This document shows, piece by piece, positions 33,288-42,651 of a stretch of DNA of 64,000 nt. How positions within the stretch are numbered: position 1 is the first letter of the stretch; every line of letters begins with the position of its first letter. Both the position numbers and the translations under genes were made by a program. The stretch lies in the IMG/VR virus record IMGVR_UViG_3300020578_000006, positions 1-64,000 of that record; one strand, 5' to 3'. A model generated the notes under the pieces. That model was not told the origin of the DNA, did not search any database, and saw nothing but the letters and a program-made list of their open reading frames with translations.

Positions 33288-35964
33288 GAACTTCTGCCGG
33301 GTCTACTTCTATTAACGCAAACTTGTATGTTTTCTTTCTTTTATTATTTATAATATATAGATTATCTTCACCTTCAACAATAGTATAATCACCTATTGAA
33401 TTGCTCAGATGTAAATCTTGTGTAAAGATATTTCTCCATCTTAACGCAGGGCTTCCTAGATCCCACGTATTATTAGCCCGAGGAAAGATGTTATTACTGC
33501 TTATATTGCCGGCTATTGTAACATTTGAAGCTATATCCCAAGAAGGAGCCCCTGTAGAAAGCTTTATTGGAGTAACATTACCATCAGCAATTTTTACTGT
33601 TGTTACAGAATTACTGGTTAGCTTATTAGCCCCTATAGTATTATCATCAACCGATACAATTGTATTTCTAATGGGTAAAGGTGAAGCGTTCACATATTGC
33701 ACTTCTAAAACATCAGTCCCTGCTGGTACCGCTTCCGACATTAATAATGTAAATGGAGAAGGGAGAGAATAAGCAGATTTATTTTGATAGACACCGGAAA
33801 CAAATACCATTATTTCATTGGGTGAGTACGCGGCACTTACCAACGTAAATGTTGTTGTTGTTCCTGTTGAATTGAACGATTGACTATGATAAACATATCG
33901 TACCCCTTCAATACCATCGTACGCGGTAATAGGTTTTGTAGCGAGTAATCTATCTACAAAAATATTATTAGCAGTAAGAGAGGGAACTGATAGAGATTTA
34001 GTAATAGTAACATCACCGAAGAATAAAGTTCCTGCTGCTGTAGTTATATTTCCAATAGTAAGATTACCTATAATATTAACATCCTTAATAAAAGTAGCAT
34101 TTTCTCTAAATAAACTAGAATTTACAGCTGTAAACGCTGCTACTCTCGTATCGCTTGCACTAAGTGTACCATCAATTTTTATGTCTCCAAAAAATACACT
34201 TTCTAAATATCTATAATTTGGAGACCCCAATATAAATTGTTGATTTCTTGTTGCTTGAGCTTCTCGACCTACTAATATAGTATTATCAAGTGTTGTTAAT
34301 GAACCTAAAGTATTATTTACACTGGTACCGATATGAATATTATAGCTTCCTGCTTGTACAAGTCCGCCTGCATCAGTTCCAATAGAAATATTAAAACTAC
34401 CAAAATTATAATTATCACCTGCACTATGACCTACAGCTACATTACCAACTCCATCACCTTGTAGAGTTAATGCTCTAAAACCAACTACAACGTTGGAATT
34501 AGCATTACTAAAATTTGTACCAGCATTAGAACCAATAAAAACATTTTCGCTTCCGTCAACAATATCTCTACCTGCCCTATAACCTATTTGCACAGAATCT
34601 ATACTAAAACCTATATTTGTTGCAACTTCTTCCCCAATAAGTACATTGCTAAATCCACCAATTTTGCCTAATGTAGGTACATTTCTACCTATAACAACAC
34701 TGCTTCTTTCACCAAATATAATTAAATCATTATAGGTGCTAGTTGTACTAAGTGTACCAGCAATAGTTAAAGTTCTATTTGGTATCCCGGTTCTAATTCC
34801 AATAACCCCTTGGGGTTGGGTACCATCAGTATTTTGAGCATTACCTATTAGAAGAACAGGATTATCGAACTCTGCATCATAAAATTCAGCTAATACTTGA
34901 CCGGTACCTCCCTGTCTTAAGTAAAGTGCAGGTCCTTTATCTTCATTAATAACGCTAAGTGCACTAGTAGTTGTAATAATAGTATTTGCTAGGAATGAAC
35001 TACCTGAGGCAAATAAATTACCAAAAATTCGAACATCCCCTCTAAAAGTTGCACCTGATAAGATAAAATTAGAACTAGATAAATCTGCTTTGGTTGCATA
35101 TTGACTGCTTGTAGAGAACCATGAACTGTACACTGACTCCCAGCTGGCACTATTAGCAGTCATTGTTGCATATGTTGACTGAAGAATAGGGGGTATAGCT
35201 TCGTAAATAACGTAATCTAGCGTTTTATTACCACTAAAATATTGTGTAGTTACATATAAATTTCCTGTAGCGCTAATAGAGCCTGCTACTGTTAATTCAT
35301 GGTTAGGGTATTCTGTATTAATACCAATAATACCGGTGTTCATTCCTGGAACCCAAGGTGTAATGTTTCCTATATGTAAAGCAACGCCTCCTTCAGTATC
35401 AACAAATTGTGCTATATCGTCAAAACCGGTTTGCTCTACATAGAGAGCAGGTCCTTGACCTATATTAACAATTCTTAATGCAGTTGTTTCAACAACCTTT
35501 GTATCTGTAGTAGCTATACCTCCAAGAGCTGAAAGTACTCCGACAACTACAAGATCGCCTTCAACGCGTACATCACCAAAAATAGAGCCACCGGTTAACT
35601 TAAAGAACAATGCGCTAGCAGAAGGTTCTGTTAGCCAGGTTGCACTATTAAGTCTTAATGTTGTATAAGTAGAATTCCAATTACCGCTATTTGCCCTTAC
35701 CCCGACATAAGTATTTTGCCAAAATGCACTATTAGCAACAAATTGATTTCTAACTGCATCATAATTTACAGTAGAAGCAAAACTCCTTACCCCGGCTGGT
35801 GTTGATACTAAGACGAATGCTGCACTAAGAGCTGGCGATAAACCGATAGGTGCACCTAAATTGGGCTCTGCATCTTTAAGAGTAAAAAATTCGTAACGTT
35901 CAGGATTAGGGTTAGTTGGTGGTGTTGGATGTTCTTTACCACTTATTAAAAAAGGTGTGTTCAT
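33265..35964 (-). CDS. large tail fibre/structural protein
   Basis: 899 aa; duplicated GPALYV..Q..A.F.D module; trimeric-adhesin-like G.N(V/I)..G repeats; WDLGSPALRWRNIFTQDL C-terminus. Confidence 0.8.
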   Translation of the reverse strand: MNTPFLISGKEHPTPPTNPNPERYEFFTLKDAEPNLGAPIGLSPALSAAFVLVSTPAGVRSFASTVNYDAVRNQFVANSAFWQNTYVGVRANSGNWNSTYTTLRLNSATWLTEPSASALFFKLTGGSIFGDVRVEGDLVVVGVLSALGGIATTDTKVVETTALRIVNIGQGPALYVEQTGFDDIAQFVDTEGGVALHIGNITPWVPGMNTGIIGINTEYPNHELTVAGSISATGNLYVTTQYFSGNKTLDYVIYEAIPPILQSTYATMTANSASWESVYSSWFSTSSQYATKADLSSSNFILSGATFRGDVRIFGNLFASGSSFLANTIITTTSALSVINEDKGPALYLRQGGTGQVLAEFYDAEFDNPVLLIGNAQNTDGTQPQGVIGIRTGIPNRTLTIAGTLSTTSTYNDLIIFGERSSVVIGRNVPTLGKIGGFSNVLIGEEVATNIGFSIDSVQIGYRAGRDIVDGSENVFIGSNAGTNFSNANSNVVVGFRALTLQGDGVGNVAVGHSAGDNYNFGSFNISIGTDAGGLVQAGSYNIHIGTSVNNTLGSLTTLDNTILVGREAQATRNQQFILGSPNYRYLESVFFGDIKIDGTLSASDTRVAAFTAVNSSLFRENATFIKDVNIIGNLTIGNITTAAGTLFFGDVTITKSLSVPSLTANNIFVDRLLATKPITAYDGIEGVRYVYHSQSFNSTGTTTTFTLVSAAYSPNEIMVFVSGVYQNKSAYSLPSPFTLLMSEAVPAGTDVLEVQYVNASPLPIRNTIVSVDDNTIGANKLTSNSVTTVKIADGNVTPIKLSTGAPSWDIASNVTIAGNISSNNIFPRANNTWDLGSPALRWRNIFTQDLHLSNSIGDYTIVEGEDNLYIINNKRKKTYKFALIEVDPAEVPKVSEKD

Positions 35965-36323
35965 TATGTATCATTGAATGCTTCTAGAAGTGAAAATGAG
36001 ACGTGTACACCGCTTGCTGTATCTGTATCAGTATAAGCGAGAATTGCGTCTCCGTCTATTATTAATACTTTACCTAAAATTACATTTGCTGAATCGTTTC
36101 TTGGTACCGTAAATCCAGATACTAGGTAATATAAAGTTTTATCGGCTGCGCTAGATATACCTACAGATACCGTAGCTGTTTTGTTAGTCATGTTTGCTGC
36201 TTGAACTGTAAGAATAATTGTAGCTCGTTGAGAGGGACAGATATAGAAAGGAGTAAAATCAGTATTTATATCGGTTAGCAATCTAAACCGTCTAACAAAT
36301 TTATTTAAAGGAATCTGAGCCAT
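35964..36323 (-). CDS. virion structural protein (beta-sandwich-like)
   Basis: Late promoter 6 nt upstream; between structural genes. Confidence 0.7.
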   Translation of the reverse strand: MAQIPLNKFVRRFRLLTDINTDFTPFYICPSQRATIILTVQAANMTNKTATVSVGISSAADKTLYYLVSGFTVPRNDSANVILGKVLIIDGDAILAYTDTDTASGVHVSFSLLEAFNDT

Positions 36324-36332
36324 ATATTTTAT

Positions 36333-37820
36333 TTATTCCAAAGATAGTACAAATGGAGTTATAAGTGAGAATATTGATCTATTAAAGGTTCTTCCTTCAA
36401 TAGTACCTGTGGCTTGTCTAATAGTAAAGTCAGACCCTACTTTAAAATCACCTTTCTCATTGGTTAAAGTTACAAATATTCTTGCACCGTCGGTTGCTCT
36501 GACCTCGTTTTCCGGCTTGGCTACACCACCTAAAACAGGCAAAGCAGTCGCCAAAGTAGACCCAGCACCAACATATTCCATAGTATATGCACTAGCTAAA
36601 ATTTGACTTCTGAAGTACAAGTACACAGCATTCTCCGTTCCATCTTCATTTGGATCAGGAATAAGTGGGCCGCTAGAAATATAGGACTGAACTGTATCTT
36701 CAGCAATTAATTCATATGTATAAGCAGGGTACCCATTACCACCGACACTAAGAGCAGATACTAATGTATGTAATGTTTTTTGTTGCTCCCCTGCGCAGTC
36801 AAATACCATTAATTCTGCAGGATATCTTGCCAATAATGTGGGAAATATATCTTTAACTAAAAAGCTACCTTCACCTGCAGAAACGTCTCTTATTAAAGTA
36901 CCAGTCAACATTGGTGCGTTAGATTTTCCAAAAGCAACAAGACCAGATAAACCAAATGATGCATTAGAGGTATTAATATCGCATTGACCCCCTGCACTCA
37001 CCATAACAGCCGTTGTACCGCCAATAGTGAAGATACTAACAAGCTGCGCATAACCATTGTTCAGTATTATAATACCATCTCCACCCTCATTAAACTGGGT
37101 ATAGGAATCAAGAACCATACTTCTCAAGAATCCTCCTACTCTGTCCCCGTCGATTCTCATACCGGCTCCGGCATCATCTCTACCCGGGGCAGTTGATTGT
37201 GTAATAGAACTACACCCCTGTACATAAGGACTAGTAAAGATATAAAGGGGATGTCCAGGAACGTGTTTGTTACCGGTAGGTGGAGACACAATATAGCCTG
37301 GAGTTTGAAAGGCTACTTGGTAGTCTTGTTCAGCAGTGTTTAAGTGAGGAAACGCTATAGCTGCCCCCGGGCGTTTATGACCTCTGAATGTAAATCCCCA
37401 GATATAATCTGCATTAGTAACCCAAAATAAATCTAATGCAGAGTTTCTAGGAAATACACTTGTACGTCTTAAATTATCACCAATAATGGAAGTGCGTTGT
37501 GGTACAAACACTGGGTTTAATTCATGATATTCACCGGTCTTTACAAAAATAGTCCATTGCCTTTGGGGGTTTTGTGCCGCAAACTGACAAGCTCTTTTAA
37601 TAGTTTTAAAAGGATAATTTTCTGCTGTACCTACATTACCATCAGATCCACTTACTGTTACATACAAAACATTTGGTGTGCTCCATAACCCACCACTAAG
37701 AAGATTAGATATAGCGTAAAAATCTACTTGAAACTCACCTTGAAACGGTCTGTAACCTACTAGATAATCTGAAGGAAGCGGACTAGTCCGTGAAAAATCG
37801 GCAAATGAACGGTAGGCCAT
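36333..37820 (-). CDS. virion structural protein with pectin-lyase-like beta-helix
   Basis: LYVTVSGSD..G.....PFKTIKRA, IFVKTGEY.E, SPYVQGCS, DSYTQFN.GG motifs. Confidence 0.75.
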   Translation of the reverse strand: MAYRSFADFSRTSPLPSDYLVGYRPFQGEFQVDFYAISNLLSGGLWSTPNVLYVTVSGSDGNVGTAENYPFKTIKRACQFAAQNPQRQWTIFVKTGEYHELNPVFVPQRTSIIGDNLRRTSVFPRNSALDLFWVTNADYIWGFTFRGHKRPGAAIAFPHLNTAEQDYQVAFQTPGYIVSPPTGNKHVPGHPLYIFTSPYVQGCSSITQSTAPGRDDAGAGMRIDGDRVGGFLRSMVLDSYTQFNEGGDGIIILNNGYAQLVSIFTIGGTTAVMVSAGGQCDINTSNASFGLSGLVAFGKSNAPMLTGTLIRDVSAGEGSFLVKDIFPTLLARYPAELMVFDCAGEQQKTLHTLVSALSVGGNGYPAYTYELIAEDTVQSYISSGPLIPDPNEDGTENAVYLYFRSQILASAYTMEYVGAGSTLATALPVLGGVAKPENEVRATDGARIFVTLTNEKGDFKVGSDFTIRQATGTIEGRTFNRSIFSLITPFVLSLE

Positions 37821-37877
37821 AGAATTATTTAGTTTATTTTACCGTAAAAGAAGGTATTAAACTAAATAATTCTTTAA

Positions 37878-38069
37878 TTACGACTCTGAAGAATTATTTT
37901 CAACCGCTTCATTAGGAACAATATCAACACGGCTGAGAATACGTGTACCACTAATTAATGTTACAGGTACTAAGGCGGCCTTGTATTGATTAAGAAGCTC
38001 TTCAATTTTGCTCTTAGCTTCTACTAGTTCCTTTTCACGCGGAGTCAAATTTTTGTTAGTATCTGTCAT
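37878..38069 (-). CDS. hypothetical protein
   Basis: TAAGTA 5 nt upstream. Confidence 0.65.
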   Translation of the reverse strand: MTDTNKNLTPREKELVEAKSKIEELLNQYKAALVPVTLISGTRILSRVDIVPNEAVENNSSES

Positions 38070-38107
38070 ACTACTACTTATATATCTACAAGTTTATTTC
38101 CACTATT

Positions 38108-38455
38108 TTATTCTACTATTTCTATATAGTCAAATCTTTTTGCCTCAGATGCTTTTTGGTAACCTGCATCATTTGCAAAGATAATTTCTAATTTCTGCGG
38201 TGTATAAAAAGTAGGAAGCGTAAAAGACATAGCATTATTAGTATGTGTTACATAATCAAAAATAGGATAAGCACTAAAAGGCGGATTACCTGCACTTGTA
38301 CTTTTTACCCCGGTATAAAAATTATATGATTTTTGCTTACCATCAAATTTATTAGAACTTAAATATAAGCCAGCATCAGTTTTGTAGCTAAACATATCAC
38401 CATAAAGATAGATTTGTTTTCCAGAGGTACCTACTTTTACTGTAATATTAGGCAT
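38108..38455 (-). CDS. hypothetical structural protein
   Basis: TAATG overlap with gp15-like gene. Confidence 0.7.
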   Translation of the reverse strand: MPNITVKVGTSGKQIYLYGDMFSYKTDAGLYLSSNKFDGKQKSYNFYTGVKSTSAGNPPFSAYPIFDYVTHTNNAMSFTLPTFYTPQKLEIIFANDAGYQKASEAKRFDYIEIVE

Positions 38456-39282
38456 TATGGTTCTCCCAGAGGGGTATATAACTTTACTTCTGATATTTGA
38501 GGTCGCCCTGAAACTGTAACAGTTTCTGTATTAGAAAATGCAGAAAGTGCAGGGTCAGTATTGGATATAACTTGTGTCCTAAGAAATGTGTAGCTACCAT
38601 AATCAAGAGATACCCCAGTGCTAACAGCTGTAAGCTGGGTATCAATTTTAAATATATTTTTGACCGGGGCCTGAGGATCAGGAAACATCCAGCCTTTAAT
38701 AGTAAATGCAGTATCTGCAATTATTTGAGCTTTTTGATTACCATTAATATCAGTAGGGTAATTTAAGTTTATAGATCCATTCCATAAAACTTCGCTGCGA
38801 ATTTCTTGAGTATATGGAAGATTAAATTCTTTTGGAACTGTCCAGCTTAATATAATATAAGGATTATTAAAAGGAACAAAATTACTTAAAATTTGATCCA
38901 TGTCTGATTGATATCTAGTAATAATACTCATCTTTACATCAATGTTAATTGGGACAGGGGCCTTATAGAAAAACGTTACATTCCCCGGACTATCTTCAAC
39001 TGGATTGCTTGGAGCAAAGAACCCGGCATTTTTGTTAAAAACTCTATTATTATCTCGGGAAATACTACCTATTGTTACACTAACGACAGGTAGAGATAAA
39101 TTTTGACCAGGGTTAATTAAATCGTGAAGTACTCTCTGTTTTGGTGCATAAATGTATCTTACCTGTTGAGAGGCCTCAGCCACTCTATTCTTATTATATC
39201 TTTTAATAACAACATCATCAAATGCTGCTAAAAACTGAATTAATAGATCCTTGATCTCAAAATAATGAGTAGGAAGCTTCAT
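38455..39282 (-). CDS. gp15: T4 gp15-like tail sheath stabiliser/tail completion protein
   Basis: QFLAAFDDVVIKR...YAPKQR...LPVVSV...RDNNR...P.NI...MSI; late promoter. Confidence 0.75.
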   Translation of the reverse strand: MKLPTHYFEIKDLLIQFLAAFDDVVIKRYNKNRVAEASQQVRYIYAPKQRVLHDLINPGQNLSLPVVSVTIGSISRDNNRVFNKNAGFFAPSNPVEDSPGNVTFFYKAPVPINIDVKMSIITRYQSDMDQILSNFVPFNNPYIILSWTVPKEFNLPYTQEIRSEVLWNGSINLNYPTDINGNQKAQIIADTAFTIKGWMFPDPQAPVKNIFKIDTQLTAVSTGVSLDYGSYTFLRTQVISNTDPALSAFSNTETVTVSGRPQISEVKLYTPLGEP

Positions 39283-39316
39283 ATATCTTATTTAGTAGTG
39301 AATCCGACCAACTACT

Positions 39317-39520
39317 TCAATAATACTTCCACTTATTATGACTAATCTTTGATGCTAACTTTCTTTTGGCTGATGGTTTTAAATAAGATCTTAAAAGCTT
39401 TACTTCTTCAAGAATACCACATCTTTTTACGGCATTACTAAACTGTTTTAGTTTTTTGTCAAAATATAACTTATTGGAAGACTTCTTCTTATCGAGAACG
39501 ACTTCACAGTTAATGATCAT
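39317..39520 (-). CDS. rpsU: ribosomal protein bS21 homologue
   Basis: KLKQFSNAVKRCGILEEVKLLRSYLKPSAKRK matches the bS21 core; TAAATA 4 nt upstream. Confidence 0.8.
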   Translation of the reverse strand: MIINCEVVLDKKKSSNKLYFDKKLKQFSNAVKRCGILEEVKLLRSYLKPSAKRKLASKISHNKWKYY

Positions 39521-39534
39521 AATCTATTTACTTA

Positions 39535-39903
39535 TTAAATCTGATCTTCAACTACTACTATCTCTGCTTTAGTATTAAAGTATTTTCCAGGCTTTTTGGG
39601 TATAAGAAACTTTGCATACTCTAAAATTTTTCTATCTTCATTACACAAGCTGTCAACAGAATAATCAAAAATTATTTTTTTTGTACCTATACAAAAATTG
39701 TATGGATAAGGAACTTCAAAAACTTTCTTAGTTTGATTAACCATTATGGTAAAAATTAAGTAAAAGTCTTTTATACAAAAAAGTATAAGTCTACCAGTCT
39801 TTATAGATTTACCGTTTACAGAAAAAGATATCTTCTGTTGTAACAAAGTGTTGATGCTTTTCTCTAATTTCTCTACGTACATATTAAGAATCCATATAAG
39901 CAA
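39535..39903 (-). CDS. hypothetical protein
   Basis: 122 aa; start may be MYVEK. Confidence 0.7.
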   Translation of the reverse strand: MLIWILNMYVEKLEKSINTLLQQKISFSVNGKSIKTGRLILFCIKDFYLIFTIMVNQTKKVFEVPYPYNFCIGTKKIIFDYSVDSLCNEDRKILEYAKFLIPKKPGKYFNTKAEIVVVEDQI

Positions 39904-40303
39904 TCTTTTGAGGAGTTGTCATTCTTGCTAAATTTTCTCTAAAGTATTTCCAAAATGCTGGACCTGCAGGTATACTGGTAATTAAATCACAACTATCGCA
40001 ATTTACACACCTATAATCCTGCATAAAAAGATCCCACACAATGACAAGATTTTTCTGATCTGGACTATATCTTGTACCTTTAACTGCAGGTTTATAATTA
40101 AGAGTTACTCTTCCATCTACACTGTTAAGAACAGCCTGTGCATTAGTACATAACATTCTTCTTGTCATAGGTTTACCAGGCCGGGGGCGCCTGCGGGCAA
40201 ACTTTATCTCACAGACGTTGTTTTGAAGTACGCTTTTCAGGCTTGCTAGAGATACTAACATCTTCTTTTCTGGGTTGTACGACACCGAATATTCTTTGTT
40301 CAT
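39884..40303 (-). CDS. SH3-fold/WYL-like phage protein (DUF2693-like)
   Basis: CEIKF.R....TRRMLCT...VWDL...YR pattern. Confidence 0.6.
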   Translation of the reverse strand: MNKEYSVSYNPEKKMLVSLASLKSVLQNNVCEIKFARRRPRPGKPMTRRMLCTNAQAVLNSVDGRVTLNYKPAVKGTRYSPDQKNLVIVWDLFMQDYRCVNCDSCDLITSIPAGPAFWKYFRENLARMTTPQKIAYMDS

Positions 40304-40664
40304 TAAGAAATATCCCGTGGCTTAGTTTTCCATAATTTACTACTTCAATATTAGCAATAGGAACTCCCATATTATTGGGAAAACATACATAATCACCTTC
40401 CTTTACTAACTTACAACTATCACCCCTCAATATAACCTTACCAATGCGCCAGGCATTTGTATCTGCATTAACAGGAACAACTATACCATTTCTTACAATA
40501 GTGTTCGATGTACCGCCTTCATCAACAAATTCTACTAGTAAAATATCATCTAGTAGTTTTGAAAGATTATAACCTACGAAAACACTATTAAGTGAATTTC
40601 TTGAATGTGAGCTAAGATCTATTAAACTTTTCTGTACTGGTCCAAGTTGATCTACGTTTGCCAT
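40209..40664 (-). CDS. groES: GroES-like co-chaperonin
   Basis: LLDDILLVE...GIVVP...GKVILRG...VKEGDYVCF...FLNEQRIFG. Confidence 0.8.
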   Translation of the reverse strand: MANVDQLGPVQKSLIDLSSHSRNSLNSVFVGYNLSKLLDDILLVEFVDEGGTSNTIVRNGIVVPVNADTNAWRIGKVILRGDSCKLVKEGDYVCFPNNMGVPIANIEVVNYGKLSHGIFLNEQRIFGVVQPRKEDVSISSKPEKRTSKQRL

Positions 40665-40696
40665 ATATAGTCACTTATGTACAAACTACCTTAAAA

Positions 40697-40978
40697 TCAA
40701 GAGTCTTTAATTGTTTTTGGCTTTTTTATATAGTTAATTCTCTGCCTTTTAAATCTCGGCAAAACATTAACCAAGAGTTTGTATTGATCTTGTACCGTTG
40801 TAAACTGTCTTAAATTTCTATTGGATGTTAAATTTACTACTTTAGCCGCAAGCGGGTCAAGCATAGATAACCACCGATTGACAAGATATAGTGAAAACTC
40901 TTTTTCTGATTCTGGAGAATCTATTAAATTATTTTTTTTACTAAAAGCGATGCCATCAATAATATCAAATATATTCAT
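40697..40978 (-). CDS. gp62: T4 gp62-like clamp loader small subunit
   Basis: EFSLYLVNRWLSM...QYKLLVNVLPR.KR..I.YIK. Confidence 0.7.
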   Translation of the reverse strand: MNIFDIIDGIAFSKKNNLIDSPESEKEFSLYLVNRWLSMLDPLAAKVVNLTSNRNLRQFTTVQDQYKLLVNVLPRFKRQRINYIKKPKTIKDS

Positions 40979-41583
40979 GCGTTATTATGCTTATACAGTA
41001 AATGGGAATCAGTAAATTTATGAAATAAAGTATAATTCCGTATTGTAAAAAAATTAATATAGTTTTCACTGTAATACTTACCGGTACCATCATGATTATT
41101 GCCCCAGTGTTCTTCAAATAAAATATATTTTGGACTATAACGATTAAAGTCTAAACCTTTAAGAACTTCTATTTCAAACCCTTCTACATCAAGAGAGAAA
41201 AAATCGATTTCATTAATATTATGTTTTTTCAAAAGAGAAGTCAAAGTCTTTGCTGGTACCTCAATAGTTGTGTTGTGTGATTCTGTACAACCACCGGATG
41301 GGTCATCATTAAAAAAACTACCTTTAATTGTGGCTTCCTTATAATCAAAAGAAACTAAGGCGCACTCTTCAATAATAGAACCCGGTCTTGTTAATTTAAG
41401 ATTATCTCTAAAAATAGGATTTGGTTCAACTAATAACCCTTTCCATCCTTTTTGTTCTAGGGGGTAGGTATTACTTTGAAATACACCGTTATGGGCACCG
41501 GCCTCAATAAAAAAACCTACTCTATCTTTATAGATATCTAAGATAAATCTATCTTGACCATATTGTGACGTATGGTCAGACAT
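40975..41583 (-). CDS. FkbM family methyltransferase
   Basis: SQYGQD, FIEAGAHNG, LLVEPNP, FSLDVEGFE motifs. Confidence 0.9.
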   Translation of the reverse strand: MSDHTSQYGQDRFILDIYKDRVGFFIEAGAHNGVFQSNTYPLEQKGWKGLLVEPNPIFRDNLKLTRPGSIIEECALVSFDYKEATIKGSFFNDDPSGGCTESHNTTIEVPAKTLTSLLKKHNINEIDFFSLDVEGFEIEVLKGLDFNRYSPKYILFEEHWGNNHDGTGKYYSENYINFFTIRNYTLFHKFTDSHLLYKHNNA

Positions 41584-41584
41584 A

Positions 41585-42175
41585 TTAATGTGAAATAATC
41601 TTTGTAGATGCTATAAAAATATCGTCGTTGGTTTGGTAAAAGAAATTAACTACATCCTTCATAAAGGATACAGCCTGGTCATTATCAAGATTAGTACTAA
41701 ACGCAAATGCAGGTGCGCGTTTACCAGCAACCACATTGATACCAGTATGACCGAGCGCGGCCCCATCTTTTACGTGTACAATACTAACACTACATTTACC
41801 CTTTTGTTGAGTGACACCACCCTGGGTAAACTCCTTCGTGACCATAAGATCATCCCCATCTACTTCAATTGGTGCTTGAATATACTTGTAGAGTATATTT
41901 GCAATATTTGCATTAAACATTCTCTGATAACAAATGGCACCAAAACTTTCTGTAATTAGAGGTATCTCATACAAAAAATGAATCATGTCTTCGCTGTAGA
42001 TAAAGTCTTTATTTAAGGAATCTTCTTGATCTATTAATCCTTCTGTCTCCACATTGGCAGGAGCTCTAAAAGCAATTATATTACCAATTGGAAGGCACTT
42101 ATCTCTAAAATACCGGTAAGCAAATCTCTTATGTAATAACACCCCATCGTAAACTTTAATATCATTTAAAATCAT
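41585..42175 (-). CDS. DUF366-like protein (BPL/LplA/LipB fold)
   Basis: YDGVLLH..FAY...GNIIAFRAP...DQED...IYSEDMIHF...GDDL...KCSVSI...HTGINV; TATAAT 6 nt upstream. Confidence 0.75.
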   Translation of the reverse strand: MILNDIKVYDGVLLHKRFAYRYFRDKCLPIGNIIAFRAPANVETEGLIDQEDSLNKDFIYSEDMIHFLYEIPLITESFGAICYQRMFNANIANILYKYIQAPIEVDGDDLMVTKEFTQGGVTQQKGKCSVSIVHVKDGAALGHTGINVVAGKRAPAFAFSTNLDNDQAVSFMKDVVNFFYQTNDDIFIASTKIISH

Positions 42176-42194
42176 AGAACAATTATAATATGTA

Positions 42195-42410
42195 TTATAG
42201 ATTAGTCCACACTATGTTCACACCAAAGCCAAGAATAGAAATTTGAAAGATATAACCGTAATCGTATCTGCTATAAAAAATACCGGTATCTAATTTGGTA
42301 ATAAAAGGACCGCACTCTATACCATCATCAGTTTTGCGATGAAATAGTATATGAGGATATATAAATCTAATTATTGGTATCATAATATTGTAACGTTTGC
42401 GCGCGCGCAA
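42195..42410 (-). CDS. hypothetical protein (start likely MIPII at 42383)
   Basis: 71 aa ORF whose GTG start falls inside the (GC)5 palindrome. Confidence 0.5.
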   Translation of the reverse strand: MRARKRYNIMIPIIRFIYPHILFHRKTDDGIECGPFITKLDTGIFYSRYDYGYIFQISILGFGVNIVWTNL

Positions 42411-42411
42411 A
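42396..42411. repeat. perfect 16-bp palindrome TTTGCGCGCGCGCAAA
   Basis: Read directly; (GC)5 run in an AT-rich genome near the coding-strand switch. Confidence 0.9.
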
Positions 42412-42651
42412 AAGATAAGGTACTAGTAAATTGATGATTCTCATATCCTATATAAAAGACAAAGTCATTAGATGGGGATAAACAATTTTCAAAACGCGTG
42501 AGCAAAAAAAGCTTTTTCCCGGAATTTTTTTCTTTCATATTAAAGGGTTTGTCTTAATAACCCACAATACATTTTATAGCGTATAAACACAAAAATCAAC
42601 TGGTAAATTTCATTTGAATATATTTTTTAACGTATAAATAAGATATCTATT

